The notes: a model not told the origin generated them from the sequence alone. Positions 17,131 through 28,290 are shown, counted from the first letter of the stretch. The stretch: 64,000 nt of DNA from an uncultured Clostridiaceae bacterium (GCA_964427595.1 CAYRUQ010000002.1:1149-65148), one strand, 5' to 3'. Program-made: numbers and translations.

Positions 17131-19098
17131 ATGTTAACCAAACAAGACAAACAAAACATCTATGGTCTTTTTGCTGACGAGTACAAGAAAAACCAAATTG
17201 AGTCTCTTAATGAAGTTGAATTTTATTTAAAAAAACAAGGACTCAATCCTCAGGAATTCGGCTATCAAAGCATGTTGAAGCTTTTAGAGGATTTAAGTGA
17301 ATTCCTGACTGTTGATAAGTCAGCAGGAAAAGACCAACCAATCAAAATCATCTTCCATGATTACACCGAAAAACAAAAGAAACCTTCAAACAGTAGCAAA
17401 CCTAAAAAGACACAATTGACCGCTAACGATCATAAAGAGATTTATGATCTTTTAACTAGCAAGTTCAATACCGGGGTGGAGTATCCGATGGCGACTATCT
17501 CTAAATATCTTTTAGAGAGTGCTGTCGACTATAAGAAGTATGGTTTTAAACAGATGAAAGCTCTGCTTTTGAATCTGAAAGAAGAAGTCTCTTTAAAAGA
17601 TGTCAATCTAAATGGAACTCCTCAATCTCTCGTCATTATCACACCTAAAAAAGATAGTAAGACTATAGATAAAGAACGACCTATTAAAAAGGAAGTTAAA
17701 ACTAAAGATAAGAAAAAATCTAAAGAGAATAAACAACAAAGTAAAGAGACTATTTCTAAGCCTTTAAATACACCTAAAAAAGAAGAACAGAAAGAGACCA
17801 AATCTCAACCAGTAAAGCAAACAAGTAATAAAAACGACATAGCTACTTCAAGCACCCCAAAGAAGAATAAAATTAAGAATACTTCAAAAAACGATTTGTT
17901 CGTTCAATCTAAAGGTTTCTATATTCCACCCAAGATTTTAAATTCGATCAAGGAGAGTGCTCCTTTAGGTCTTGATGATAATTCAATCAAAGATTTGCTT
18001 TGGTCTGATTATCAAAAAGCACTAAAAGAAAACAATGTCAAAATTAAAGATGGAAATATCATCTTCGATCTCTCTTTTAAAAACAGAAAAGGGGATGATT
18101 TAATCGCATCTATCAGACAATCAAGCAACAGCACCACTTCTTATAGCTTTTATCTCAATTATGTAGGAGATTGTTCCACCAAAGCTAAAGACACTCTTAA
18201 AGGTACTATCTTCTTTAGTGAATACGATAAAGAGATCGCTGAGTTAGCTAATTTAGCGAGAAAAGAAAAATGGTGTTATCTTCATTCAAAAGATGAGTAC
18301 ATCATTTTAAAGATTTACCTGCAATACACCTTTGCTCGAATCATGTCTCAAAATCTTTTCGTCTATAACAAAAACACTAAATTCGGTGCTTTCAATACTG
18401 GCTTAGTCAGCGAAGATTATCGTGATATCTATGGTATCGTTCAAAAGAATAATCTTCCTGATGCTCAAGCTCCTTATATCTTCCAGGGATTTGCCGTAGC
18501 TGGTTCTCAAGGTTATGGAAAAATATTAGTTGAAAGCTTCAACCCACTTCCAAAAAGACCGACCTATTTCAGTTCTTTTGATGAGATTTATTATGATTCA
18601 ACAGCTCAACTTTTCCCTGACTACAACCATATCATCTTTGATAATCTCGATAGATTCCCCATTTCCTTCTTAAAGAGAAACATCATGCCTTTTCCAGAAG
18701 AATACAAAATCTTATCCGATATCATCAAAACTAAAGCGCCTGCTAAAAAAGAATTCCTTTATAAGAAATTATCTGATGCTTTAAGAAAAAACGAGACTCT
18801 TTACAACTTTTTTAGAGCTTCTTTATACACGACTATCCAAAGAGCAAAAAGAATCGTCAAAGATGATTATAAAATGGTTCTTCCTTCTTTCTTCCCAACT
18901 AGAAATGTCATTTCGATGATGCTACCTTTGATTTTTGACACTACCAAGGGTCCGGAAGCAGTCCTCTTAGTTGAACATAGTGATGTCGGAAATTACCAAG
19001 GTCAGACGATGTTGACCTTAAAACAATGTTATGTCAACGCTAGATTGATCGGCCCATTAGAGCATACATTCTTAAATCCGGAGAAAATCGAAGACTGA
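17131..19098 (+). CDS. Hypothetical protein: two N-terminal OST-HTH/LOTUS-like modules, Lys-rich linker, C-terminal DUF3825-like domain
   Basis: Two helix-turn-helix-like modules (LS..LG....FGY.S...LL pattern at residues ~10-60 and ~100-160), a K/E/T-rich low-complexity region (~170-250) and a conserved-looking C-terminal ~350 aa; domain assignment is by pattern memory only. Confidence 0.5.
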   Translation: MLTKQDKQNIYGLFADEYKKNQIESLNEVEFYLKKQGLNPQEFGYQSMLKLLEDLSEFLTVDKSAGKDQPIKIIFHDYTEKQKKPSNSSKPKKTQLTANDHKEIYDLLTSKFNTGVEYPMATISKYLLESAVDYKKYGFKQMKALLLNLKEEVSLKDVNLNGTPQSLVIITPKKDSKTIDKERPIKKEVKTKDKKKSKENKQQSKETISKPLNTPKKEEQKETKSQPVKQTSNKNDIATSSTPKKNKIKNTSKNDLFVQSKGFYIPPKILNSIKESAPLGLDDNSIKDLLWSDYQKALKENNVKIKDGNIIFDLSFKNRKGDDLIASIRQSSNSTTSYSFYLNYVGDCSTKAKDTLKGTIFFSEYDKEIAELANLARKEKWCYLHSKDEYIILKIYLQYTFARIMSQNLFVYNKNTKFGAFNTGLVSEDYRDIYGIVQKNNLPDAQAPYIFQGFAVAGSQGYGKILVESFNPLPKRPTYFSSFDEIYYDSTAQLFPDYNHIIFDNLDRFPISFLKRNIMPFPEEYKILSDIIKTKAPAKKEFLYKKLSDALRKNETLYNFFRASLYTTIQRAKRIVKDDYKMVLPSFFPTRNVISMMLPLIFDTTKGPEAVLLVEHSDVGNYQGQTMLTLKQCYVNARLIGPLEHTFLNPEKIED

Positions 19099-19598
19099 TG
19101 GAGATACTGACCACTAAACGTTTGCGCTTAAGAAACTTTTACGAAGAGGAGAGTGAAGAACTTTTAAAGTTTTATCTTGACCCTGAAATAGGAAAATACA
19201 TGTACTGGGGTCAGACAAGTGAGGCTGATATCTCTTACTTGATCAAACACTCTCAAAATAGATCACTTCTCGATAATGGTGCCTACGCTTATGCAGTCAG
19301 TTATTTAAAAAGTGACAATTTAGTCGGTGAGATATTCCTTGAGAAACGAGCTAGCGAATTCATACTGGGTTATGCGATCAAACCTTCTAAGCAAGGACAC
19401 GGCTATGCTAATGAGATCTTAACTTCATTGATAGCGAGAATCTATGAACTTTATCCTGAGATGAACATCCTAGCTTTAGTAGATAAAAACAATAAGAAAA
19501 GCCGAGCCCTTCTTCTCAAGCTCGGTTTCATCAATGACCTTTATCAGTTAGAATCATCTCCTTTTGTCATCTATTCTCTTTATGGTCCTTTGAAGTAG
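19098..19598 (+). CDS. GNAT-family N-acetyltransferase (RimJ/RimL-like)
   Basis: Acetyl-CoA binding motif in GYAIKPSKQGHGYANEIL; start overlaps the upstream stop (TGATG). Confidence 0.75.
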   Translation: MEILTTKRLRLRNFYEEESEELLKFYLDPEIGKYMYWGQTSEADISYLIKHSQNRSLLDNGAYAYAVSYLKSDNLVGEIFLEKRASEFILGYAIKPSKQGHGYANEILTSLIARIYELYPEMNILALVDKNNKKSRALLLKLGFINDLYQLESSPFVIYSLYGPLK

Positions 19599-21471
19599 TC
19601 TCTTTCTTTTGATGTCTGACAAAAAAGGAGAGGACATCGATATCAGAAGGATGAACATTAGTGATTCGAGAAGCTTCACCTAAAGTATCAGGTCTTATAA
19701 GGTGAAGTTTTTCTCTCGCCTCTAAAGAGAGACCATCCATATGAAGGTAATCTATATCTTTAGGAAGTGGAAGATTCTCGAATTCCTTTCTCCTTAAAGC
19801 TTCCTTTAATTCAGCTTTGATATAACCTTCATATTTGACTTCTGTCTCACATTTTAAAGATTGCTCTAAATCGAGTTTAATAAGACCGCCTTTAGCCTTA
19901 TAAAGTTCATCATAAGTGATGTTTTGTCTCTTTAAAATATGTTTTAAAGTCTCATTACCAGATGGTTTTGAAAATCCGTGTTTTTCAAGCAGTTTAATGA
20001 TGTTTTCATCATTACCGACTTTGACTGTATCAAGCAGATTGATAGCTTCTAAAACTTGATCGTTTCTCCTCTTTAATCTCTGATATCTCTCTTTTGATAA
20101 CAGTCCGACTTGATAGCCTTTATCAATCAATCTCAAATCTGCATTATCACTTCTAGTGATCAGTCGATACTCGCTTCTTGCACTTAAAAGTCGATAGGGT
20201 TCACTCGTCCCTTTAGTGACCAAATCATCAATCATGATTCCGATATAAGCTTCATCTCTTGCTAGAATCAATGGTTTCTTCTTATCGATATAAAGAGAAG
20301 CGTTGATACCAGCCATCAATCCTAAGGCGGCTGCTTCTTCATATCCAGAAGTACAAGCTATCTGTCCACAGATGAAAAGACCTTTTATCTTCTTGACCAT
20401 CAAAGAATGATCAAACTGCAGCGGATCAACAGCATCATATTCAATAGCGTAAGCGTATTTTAAAAATCTTGCTTTTTCAAATCCTTTAAGAGAGCGAACC
20501 ATCAACTCTTGGACTTCTTCAGGCATCGAAGTGGAAAAACCTTGAATATAGACGGACTCAAACTCTTTAGATTCGGGTTCTAAAAATAATTGATGACGAG
20601 GTTTATCCTTGAATCTGACAATCTTATCTTCAATCGAAGGACAATATCTAGGTCCGATACCTTGAACTACTCCACCATACATCGCTGATTCCAAAAGGTG
20701 ATCTCTGATGATCTGATGAGTCTTTTCATTGGTGTAGGTAAGATGACAGGTTATCATGTTCTCTTTCTTCATGAAATCGGTAGTGTCATAAGAAAAGGCG
20801 TGATTTCCATCACTTCCATATTCGATCTCCATTTCTGAAAAATCGATGGAAGAAGGATCGATACGAGGAGGAGTTCCAGTCTTCAGTCTTAAAAGTTTCA
20901 ATCCTAGTTTTTCAAGCGATTTAGATAAGCCGTGACTAGTCTTCTCACCATCAGGCCCTTCATCTTTGATAACATGTCCTCTTAAAGTATGAGATTCCAT
21001 GTGAGTACCAGTGGCTAAAATGACAGCTTCAGCCTTGATAAATTCACCATCTCTCGTGATGATACCTTCTACCTTATTTCTGTTCGCAACGACTTCTTTT
21101 ACTTCACTCTCTAAGATATCAAGGCCTTTTAAGCTTTTTAAATAATTCTGAACGACTCTCGGATAACCTATTTTGTCTTCTTGAGCTCTTAAGCATCGCA
21201 CCCCTGGCCCTTTTGAAGTATTTAAAACCTTCATCTGCAAAAGAGCACCCTTGCTATCAGCCATCTTTCCCATGATGCCACCTAAAGCATCAATCTCACG
21301 GACGACGATACCTTTAGCCGAGCCTCCGATTGAAGGATTACAAGGCATGTTTGAAGCCATTGAAAATTTCAAACACACCAAAAGAACTTTCTTCTTTAAA
21401 GTGTATAAAGCGTGGGCAGCCTCGACACCAGCATGGCCAGCACCGACGACGATCGCATCGTATTCTCTCAT
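19567..21471 (-). CDS. mnmG: tRNA uridine 5-carboxymethylaminomethyl modification enzyme MnmG (GidA)
   Basis: FAD-binding N-terminus [19 protein letters not shown] and full-length MnmG architecture; ATGA overlap with the sufB stop. Confidence 0.95.
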   Translation of the reverse strand: MREYDAIVVGAGHAGVEAAHALYTLKKKVLLVCLKFSMASNMPCNPSIGGSAKGIVVREIDALGGIMGKMADSKGALLQMKVLNTSKGPGVRCLRAQEDKIGYPRVVQNYLKSLKGLDILESEVKEVVANRNKVEGIITRDGEFIKAEAVILATGTHMESHTLRGHVIKDEGPDGEKTSHGLSKSLEKLGLKLLRLKTGTPPRIDPSSIDFSEMEIEYGSDGNHAFSYDTTDFMKKENMITCHLTYTNEKTHQIIRDHLLESAMYGGVVQGIGPRYCPSIEDKIVRFKDKPRHQLFLEPESKEFESVYIQGFSTSMPEEVQELMVRSLKGFEKARFLKYAYAIEYDAVDPLQFDHSLMVKKIKGLFICGQIACTSGYEEAAALGLMAGINASLYIDKKKPLILARDEAYIGIMIDDLVTKGTSEPYRLLSARSEYRLITRSDNADLRLIDKGYQVGLLSKERYQRLKRRNDQVLEAINLLDTVKVGNDENIIKLLEKHGFSKPSGNETLKHILKRQNITYDELYKAKGGLIKLDLEQSLKCETEVKYEGYIKAELKEALRRKEFENLPLPKDIDYLHMDGLSLEAREKLHLIRPDTLGEASRITNVHPSDIDVLSFFVRHQKKETTSKDHKENR

Positions 21472-22880
21472 CCGACCGACCCACTCATATCCATCTTGAT
21501 CAGCTGATTGAGTTCAACCGCATATTCCATCGGTAGTTCTTTACTAAAAGGTTCTAAAAAGCCCATCACAATCATCTGAGTTGCATCTTCTTTTGACAGA
21601 CCTCTGCTCATCAAATAATAGAGCTGATCTTCGTTGATTTTAGAGACAGAAGCTTCATGTTCAAGGTACGATGTGGAGTTATCAACCACATTATGAGGAA
21701 TCGTATCTGAAAAAGACATGTTATCTAAAATCAAAGTGTCGCATTCTTCATGTGCCTTACAGTCTTTAGCATTCTTAGTTATATCGGTCAATCCACGGAA
21801 ATTAGCTACGCCACCATTTTTAGCGATTGATTTTGAGATGATTGTCGAAGAAGAGTTCTTTCCGATATGAATCATCTTAGCTCCAGTATCCTGAATCTGA
21901 CCTTTACTAGCCACAGCTACAGAGATAGTAGAACCTCTCGAGCGGTCTCCTTTTAAAACACAGCAAGGATACTTCATACAGAGCTTAGAACCGATGTTTC
22001 CGTCCACCCATTCCATCAGGCCATCATCATCGACGATCGCTCTTTGAGTGACTAAATTGAGGATTGAACCAGACCAGTTCTGAATAGTGGTATATCTCAT
22101 CTTCGCTCTCTTTCCGACGAAGATTTCAACGATAGCAGCATGAAGAGATTCTTCTGAATACATAGGAGCAGTGCAACCTTCAACATAATTGAGCTCAGCA
22201 TCATCATCAACGATGATCAAGGTTCTTTCAAATTGACCGGATAATTTGTTGTTGATACGGAAATAAGACTGAAGTGGTTTTTCAAGCTTGACACCTTTAG
22301 GAACATAAATGAAGCTTCCACCCGACCAGACAGCTGAGTTTAAAGCAGCATACTTGTTATCAGTAGGAGGGACTAGTTTACCGAAGTATTTCTTAAAGAT
22401 CTCAGGATATTCTCTAAGTCCAGTATCGGTATCAAGAAAGATGACTCCCTTATCGACGACTTCTTTAAGCATATTAGAATAGACGGCTTCAGATTCATAT
22501 TGAGTCGTGACACCTGCTAAAAACTTCTGCTCAGCCTCAGGTATTCCAAGCTTATCGAAAGTATCTTTGACCGTCGAAGGAACTTCTTCCCAAGAAGAAC
22601 TAGCTTTATCAGTCACTTTTGTGTAGTAAGTGAAATCTTGGAAGTTGATGAAATTAAGATCAGGACCGAAGTTAGGTTGAGGATGAGAGAAGAATTCCTT
22701 GAGCGAATTTAAACGAAACTCTAACATGAAATCAGGTTCATTTTTCTGTTTAGAGATCGTTTTTACGATATCTTCGTTTAAACCTTTAGGCGTCTTAAAA
22801 AGAGAGACATCCTCGTCTCTGAATTCATATTTAGCTCTCTCATCGTCATCAAAGAGAAGTTCTTCTTTTTCTTCAGTCAT
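21468..22880 (-). CDS. sufB: Fe-S cluster assembly protein SufB
   Basis: Conserved SufB core including [14 protein letters not shown]; ATG at 22880 with GGAG Shine-Dalgarno (ORF-track start at 22901 is TTG). Confidence 0.9.
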   Translation of the reverse strand: MTEEKEELLFDDDERAKYEFRDEDVSLFKTPKGLNEDIVKTISKQKNEPDFMLEFRLNSLKEFFSHPQPNFGPDLNFINFQDFTYYTKVTDKASSSWEEVPSTVKDTFDKLGIPEAEQKFLAGVTTQYESEAVYSNMLKEVVDKGVIFLDTDTGLREYPEIFKKYFGKLVPPTDNKYAALNSAVWSGGSFIYVPKGVKLEKPLQSYFRINNKLSGQFERTLIIVDDDAELNYVEGCTAPMYSEESLHAAIVEIFVGKRAKMRYTTIQNWSGSILNLVTQRAIVDDDGLMEWVDGNIGSKLCMKYPCCVLKGDRSRGSTISVAVASKGQIQDTGAKMIHIGKNSSSTIISKSIAKNGGVANFRGLTDITKNAKDCKAHEECDTLILDNMSFSDTIPHNVVDNSTSYLEHEASVSKINEDQLYYLMSRGLSKEDATQMIVMGFLEPFSKELPMEYAVELNQLIKMDMSGSVG

Positions 22881-23322
22881 CTTTGTTCTCCTTCTGGTCA
22901 ATCGCCTTTTTTAATCCTCTCCAAGAGATGTTGGCACAGGTGATTCTTGAGGGCTGACGAGAGACATTAGCAAAGCAGTTGGCGTCAGCGAGAAGCTCTT
23001 CTTCATAGTGCTCATTAGCGAGCATCTTATTAAATTCGTTCATCATCTCTAAAGCTTCTTCTTCACTCTTTCCGATGATCATCTCAGTCATTATTGAGGA
23101 AGAAGCTGTCGAGATAGCACAACCGACTCCTGACCATTTACAATCTTTAACAACATGGTCTTCAAACAGGACATAAATATAGATGTCATCGATACAAGAA
23201 GCTGAATCCATATGAATAGTGATATATCTAGAATCATCCACCTCTTCTTTGTTACGAGGATTTTGATAGTTATCTAGGATGATTTCACGCATGATCATCG
23301 GATCTTTAATTGAAAAAGACAT
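22873..23322 (-). CDS. sufU: Fe-S cluster scaffold/sulfur acceptor SufU (IscU-like)
   Basis: Start [25 protein letters not shown] matches the SufU N-terminus; GGAGGA Shine-Dalgarno 8 nt upstream; conserved Cys residues. Confidence 0.85.
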   Translation of the reverse strand: MSFSIKDPMIMREIILDNYQNPRNKEEVDDSRYITIHMDSASCIDDIYIYVLFEDHVVKDCKWSGVGCAISTASSSIMTEMIIGKSEEEALEMMNEFNKMLANEHYEEELLADANCFANVSRQPSRITCANISWRGLKKAIDQKENKDD

Positions 23323-24535
23323 CCAAGAAATCCTCCGCATGTCTAGAAGCTTCAACTAAAGCCTCTACATCTTCTTTAGTGTTATAAATATAAAAACTAG
23401 CTCTGATTGTAGTATCGGTGTTTAAAACATCTTTCATAAGCTTGGCACAGTGTGTTCCAGTTCTGACAAAGACGCCTTTATCAGCTAGATAAGTAGCTGC
23501 ATCTTGAGAGAAAACATTTTTGATATTGAAAGTGACGATGCCACTATCAGCATCCTCGTTATAAATGATGGCGTTTCCGTTTTTCTTCAGCCCTTCAACT
23601 GCCATTTTCTTCAAGCTCAGTTCATGTTCTCTGATGTTATCAAATCCGATCTTTTCAAGATACTGACAGGCTTTAGCAAAGCCTAAAGCACCAGCGATAT
23701 TCTGAGTACCAGCCTCAAACTTCAAAGGTGGTTCTTCCAAAGAGACATAACCGTCTTTTCTAAAACGAGCATTCATCTCCCCACCATACATCAAAGGTTT
23801 AAGATCATCGAGAAGCTTTCTTTTTCCATACATCGCTCCGATTCCAGTAGGACCGAGCATCTTATGAGCGGAGAAAGCTAAGAAATCGACATCTAATTCT
23901 TTAACATCAGTCTTAAGATGAGGTGCACTTTGCGCCGCATCAACTACAACGAGAGTGTTATTTTGATGAGCGAGACTAGTCATCTCCTTAATCGGTATCA
24001 CATATCCTAATACATTGGTGATTAAAGCAACTGAAACTACTTTAGTCTTAGAAGAGAGAACCGACTTGAAATTCTCAATCGTCACTCTTCCGTTTTTAAG
24101 AGGGATATACTTGATGATAGCTTTTCTTCTTTTAGCTACTTCAAACCATGGAAGAACATTAGAAGCATGCTCAGCTTCAGTGAGAAGGATCTCATCACCT
24201 TCGTTGATCTTATCTTCTAAACCGAAGGCGATCTGATTTAAAGCCATGCTATCACCAGAAGTGAAAGAGAGTTCATCACTTCTAGCGTTGATGAAAGAAG
24301 CGACGATATCTCTGGCTCCTTCATAAGCGACATCAACCGCATGAGCGAGAGAATAATCACCTCTATGAGCGTTAGCCGTAATATCAAAATAATAATGTTC
24401 AGAAGCTTTGATCACTTCGTAAGGTTTGAAAGTAGTAGCTGCATTATCTAGATAAACGAGAGGCTTTCCTTCAAAAAGAGAATCATGCCTTTCATACATC
24501 GGAAAGTCTAAGCGAATTTTATAAGGATCGATCAT
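23306..24535 (-). CDS. sufS: Cysteine desulfurase SufS (PLP-dependent)
   Basis: PLP-lysine motif SAHKMLGPTG; class V aminotransferase length. Confidence 0.9.
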   Translation of the reverse strand: MIDPYKIRLDFPMYERHDSLFEGKPLVYLDNAATTFKPYEVIKASEHYYFDITANAHRGDYSLAHAVDVAYEGARDIVASFINARSDELSFTSGDSMALNQIAFGLEDKINEGDEILLTEAEHASNVLPWFEVAKRRKAIIKYIPLKNGRVTIENFKSVLSSKTKVVSVALITNVLGYVIPIKEMTSLAHQNNTLVVVDAAQSAPHLKTDVKELDVDFLAFSAHKMLGPTGIGAMYGKRKLLDDLKPLMYGGEMNARFRKDGYVSLEEPPLKFEAGTQNIAGALGFAKACQYLEKIGFDNIREHELSLKKMAVEGLKKNGNAIIYNEDADSGIVTFNIKNVFSQDAATYLADKGVFVRTGTHCAKLMKDVLNTDTTIRASFYIYNTKEDVEALVEASRHAEDFLDVFFN

Positions 24536-25191
24536 AACTCAAGCTCCTCAAAAAAGCTCAAAGCCTCATTTAAAAGATTCTCATCCGTTAGTTTCTTGAT
24601 TATAGGAAGGAGAGTACCTTTGATGATGAGTTTCTTGCTATCAGAAAAAGAGAGACCTCTGCTCATCAGATAAAAAATCTCATCAGGATTATATGAACCG
24701 ACAGCTGCTCCATGAGAAGCTGAGACATCATTTTCTTTAATTAAAAGGAGAGGAGAGACCTCACTTTTAGCTTCAGCTTTCAAATTGTTGATTCTTCCTT
24801 CTTGCCTAGTATCCGATCTTTTAGCACCATTAACAATATCAGAAGTCCCTCTAAAAACTAGTGATGCAGAAGAGGAGTTAACACCAGCGAAAGTTATTCT
24901 AGAAAGAGAATCACCTTCTAAGTGATTGACTAAGATATTGATACTTTTATTCTTCTCTTTAAAAAGAAAAGAAGCGATTTGAAGATGAAGTTTAGCTCCT
25001 TTAAATAAATCAATAACAAGATGAAAATCAGCACCTTCAGAAGAGAGATCAATCAAGGTTAAATCAACCTCAGCTTCATCTTTAATCTGATAGTGAAGAG
25101 AAGTATCAGAAAGAGAAGTGAAAAGATAACTCGCCTCTTCAGAATCGGAAAAAGTTCTATCGACTAAAGATGGATTCTTCAGACAGATCAT
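24532..25191 (-). CDS. sufD: Short SufD-like Fe-S assembly protein (C-terminal half only)
   Basis: 219 aa; C-terminal SufBD signature ASHGAAVGSYNPDEIFYLMSRGL; sits between sufC and sufS. Confidence 0.7.
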   Translation of the reverse strand: MICLKNPSLVDRTFSDSEEASYLFTSLSDTSLHYQIKDEAEVDLTLIDLSSEGADFHLVIDLFKGAKLHLQIASFLFKEKNKSINILVNHLEGDSLSRITFAGVNSSSASLVFRGTSDIVNGAKRSDTRQEGRINNLKAEAKSEVSPLLLIKENDVSASHGAAVGSYNPDEIFYLMSRGLSFSDSKKLIIKGTLLPIIKKLTDENLLNEALSFFEELEL

Positions 25192-25994
25192 TTTTTAACT
25201 GTCTCCTTGACAGCACAGAATCCGAGTATGTTATCTCTCTTCTCTAAAGGGATGTTATATTCTCTCTCTAAGAAGGAATATCCTTCTTTAGAGATGCGAG
25301 TAGCTAAGGTTTGATCACCTTCTAAAGCGATATTACCATTGACCATGATAGCAGTGTGATCAGGTTTGACTAAATCATAAAGTTTATCGTAATGGGAGAC
25401 GATGATGAAAGTCGTTCCTTCTTCTCTTAGAGTGTTGATGACATCAGCGATGTTCTTTAAAGCGTCGACATCAAGACCGGAGTCAATCTCATCTAAAAGA
25501 GCTAGAGAAGGCTTTAAAAGAAGCATCTGGAGAATCTCGTTTCTCTTCTTTTCACCACCTGAATAACCTTCATTGAGATTACGACTAGCCATCTGAGAGT
25601 CAAGTCCGACACTCTCATAAGAAGAGTTAGTCATCTTATAAAATTCATAAAGAGAGATCGGTTTTTCTCTATGAGCGTTGATAGCTGAGCGGAAGAAGTC
25701 CATCGTCACGACTCCAGGAACATCCGGTGGATTCTGGAAAGCCATAAATAGACCACGCTTGCTTCTCTCATCAGTGCTTAAAGAGAGAAGATCTTCGCCA
25801 TCAAGAGTGATACAGCCTTCTTCAACCTGATAATGAGGAGAGCCCATCAAGACATTCAAAAGAGTCGATTTACCATGTCCATTCGGACCTAGCAAAGCTA
25901 AGCATTCACCTTTTTTTATTGTCAGATTAGTCTTATTTAAAATGCGATTATTTTCCGCAGAACAGGTCAGATCTCTGATAGTCAACTCTTCCAT
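25188..25994 (-). CDS. sufC: Fe-S cluster assembly ATPase SufC
   Basis: Walker A GPNGHGKST and ABC signature; GGAGG Shine-Dalgarno. Confidence 0.9.
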   Translation of the reverse strand: MEELTIRDLTCSAENNRILNKTNLTIKKGECLALLGPNGHGKSTLLNVLMGSPHYQVEEGCITLDGEDLLSLSTDERSKRGLFMAFQNPPDVPGVVTMDFFRSAINAHREKPISLYEFYKMTNSSYESVGLDSQMASRNLNEGYSGGEKKRNEILQMLLLKPSLALLDEIDSGLDVDALKNIADVINTLREEGTTFIIVSHYDKLYDLVKPDHTAIMVNGNIALEGDQTLATRISKEGYSFLEREYNIPLEKRDNILGFCAVKETVKK

Positions 25995-26073
25995 CGAAGG
26001 CCTCCTAAAATGTGCGACGATATTTTAATTTGAACGACTGATAGCCTCAACTGATATGATTTTTAATCTCTTT

Positions 26074-26484
26074 TTAAACACCTTTTCTGATCGAATCAGC
26101 TAATAAGAGCAAATCTTTATCCTCGATAGCTTGGGGTGGGAAGTGAAGTTTTAAACCATCATTATCGTATCTAGGGATGACATGAACATGGAAGTGCATC
26201 ACGCTTTGACCAGCGCTAGCTCCAGCATTTGTGATGATGTTGACACCAGTCGCACCAAGTTGAGTGATCTGAGCTTGAGCGACAAGCTGAGCTACCTTAA
26301 AAACATGAGAAAGGATGTCTTTCGGACAGGTGGTCACATCTTTGAAATGTTCTTTAGGAACGATTAGTGTATGACCTCTGCTAGCCGGATTAACATCTAA
26401 AAAGGCTAATGTTAATTCATCTTCGTAAACCTTATAAGAAGAGATTTCTCCTCTAGCAATCTTACAGAAAATACAAGACTCCAT
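26074..26484 (-). CDS. HIT-family nucleotide hydrolase
   Basis: Histidine triad HFHVHVIP; GGAGG Shine-Dalgarno. Confidence 0.8.
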   Translation of the reverse strand: MESCIFCKIARGEISSYKVYEDELTLAFLDVNPASRGHTLIVPKEHFKDVTTCPKDILSHVFKVAQLVAQAQITQLGATGVNIITNAGASAGQSVMHFHVHVIPRYDNDGLKLHFPPQAIEDKDLLLLADSIRKGV

Positions 26485-26500
26485 ATATACCTCCCGTGTC

Positions 26501-26540
26501 TTAAAAAGGAGAAGGCGAGAACCTTCTCCTTTATTTTAAT
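26501..26540 (-). terminator. Rho-independent terminator after the lipoprotein pair
   Basis: 10-bp stem AAGGAGAAGG-cgagaa-CCTTCTCCTT (26506-26531), with a T-run on the minus strand. Confidence 0.55.
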
Positions 26541-26547
26541 CCAAATA

Positions 26548-28290
26548 TCAGTCCTGAGGGATGGTTATCTTCGGATAAGTGTCCTCATCATCGTAAGGTG
26601 ATTCGGTACGGAAGAGTTCAGGATAGTTCTCGATCATGTAATCGAGGAAATCTTCATCCGAATAATCCATCTCAGTTCTTCTCAACCAATAAACGACAGC
26701 TTCAGTCTTATAAGAACCGGTGGTGGACATGACATAAGCGACTTCTCTTCCGATCTGTTCTCTCTTAGTAGCATCAGAATAGACGGAAGTAGTAGAAGTG
26801 GTCGACATAGCTTGAGTGTTGACGACATCGAGGATTCTGACGAGATAGTAAGTGCTGGAATCAGAATCATAGAAGATGATGTCATCGGCAGAGATGGTGT
26901 CACTGCTAGAGGTGGAAGAAGAGACGGTGTTTTCGACGGTCAAATAACGATAACCATCGTTTCCATAAGTGGTGATGTCATATTTGACAGTACCAGGGTT
27001 AGCTTTCATCTCAGCAATCTCGTTAGCGTTGACGGTCATATTGGTGGAGAAGATACGATCGGAGATGGTATCAGGAAGGTTAGAGACACCATCGCTTTGG
27101 AGATAGATGCCATCAGTGACGAAGTCACTAGTGGCGATATCATCGATAGCTCTTCTGACACCAGTGAGGTAGTCATAGGTATAAGAGCCAGTGTAAGTAG
27201 ATTCAAGATCAGTATCGATCTTGTTGAAATCGCTAGCGCTAGCCTCTAAATCAGCTAAGTCATCTAAGACTTCACCAGAGAGAGTGCCATAGTTGGTATA
27301 AGTGCTATCTTCGCTTCCAGTGACGATGATGTTGTTATCTTCAAGCCAAGAGACTTGCTCATCATCAAGGAGGACAGCATCATAACGATCAGCATATTGG
27401 CCTTGTTCATCAAATTCATTGATGACATCAGTAGTGATACCTTTCCAAAGATTAGAGAGGATGGTGAAGTCATCATCGACACCGGCATCGCCGAAGACAT
27501 AATCGTTGACATAGGCGTCAAGAAGCTTCTTAGCGGCTCCAGGTTGATCATCTCTATCAGTGAGAGCGATAACTTGGATATTTCTAGCGTTGGCGTTACC
27601 GATAGAAGCATAAGAGACGGTGTAGATGTATTCACTGACTAAGTAATTGATGCGGATATCGTCATAGAGATATTTCTCCATGTAAGCGAGATAAGCATCA
27701 TAATCACCTTGGTAGATGTCTTCAAACTCTAATTCAGGAGTGACTAAGACACCAGCAGGATCTTCTTCCCAACCCTCGAGAGGATCGACAGGAAGAGTGA
27801 AAGCAGTCTTTAAGGCGTCGACATAAAGTCTTTCCATGAAGAGGTTGTCTTCTTCATAGGTGCCATTTCCGGCGACGTCAACTAAGCTGTCTTTAGAACG
27901 ATAAAGCTGGTTATCGGCATCTGCGACAGCAGGTAAATCAGCAACATCAGTATCAGCGACAGAACCATCAAAATTATCATTGATAAGATTGACGACATCG
28001 CTACCATCAGTGCCACCCTTGTTGTCATGGGCGATATGAGAGATTTCAATCAAGATCTGATTGAGGGTCTCCTCATAGATGTCATCATAGCTGGAGATGA
28101 GATTGTAATAGTAATCCTCTCTCGTATCTTGAACGACAGTGTTATCGTCAGCTAAAGTCGGGATATTGGGGAAGAGAACGGTCTCGTAGTCATCAGGTAA
28201 TTTGATCTCATCAGAGCAGGAAGCAAGGGTGAAGAGAGCAAGACCGCAAGCGATGATTCCTAACTTGTTCTTTCTTTTACCTTTCAACAT
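26548..28290 (-). CDS. Large Asp/Tyr/Thr/Ser-rich lipoprotein, unknown function
   Basis: Start placed at the ATG at 28290 with GGAGG Shine-Dalgarno; lipobox LASC (LALFTLASCSDE); no recognisable catalytic motifs. Confidence 0.6.
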   Translation of the reverse strand: MLKGKRKNKLGIIACGLALFTLASCSDEIKLPDDYETVLFPNIPTLADDNTVVQDTREDYYYNLISSYDDIYEETLNQILIEISHIAHDNKGGTDGSDVVNLINDNFDGSVADTDVADLPAVADADNQLYRSKDSLVDVAGNGTYEEDNLFMERLYVDALKTAFTLPVDPLEGWEEDPAGVLVTPELEFEDIYQGDYDAYLAYMEKYLYDDIRINYLVSEYIYTVSYASIGNANARNIQVIALTDRDDQPGAAKKLLDAYVNDYVFGDAGVDDDFTILSNLWKGITTDVINEFDEQGQYADRYDAVLLDDEQVSWLEDNNIIVTGSEDSTYTNYGTLSGEVLDDLADLEASASDFNKIDTDLESTYTGSYTYDYLTGVRRAIDDIATSDFVTDGIYLQSDGVSNLPDTISDRIFSTNMTVNANEIAEMKANPGTVKYDITTYGNDGYRYLTVENTVSSSTSSSDTISADDIIFYDSDSSTYYLVRILDVVNTQAMSTTSTTSVYSDATKREQIGREVAYVMSTTGSYKTEAVVYWLRRTEMDYSDEDFLDYMIENYPELFRTESPYDDEDTYPKITIPQD

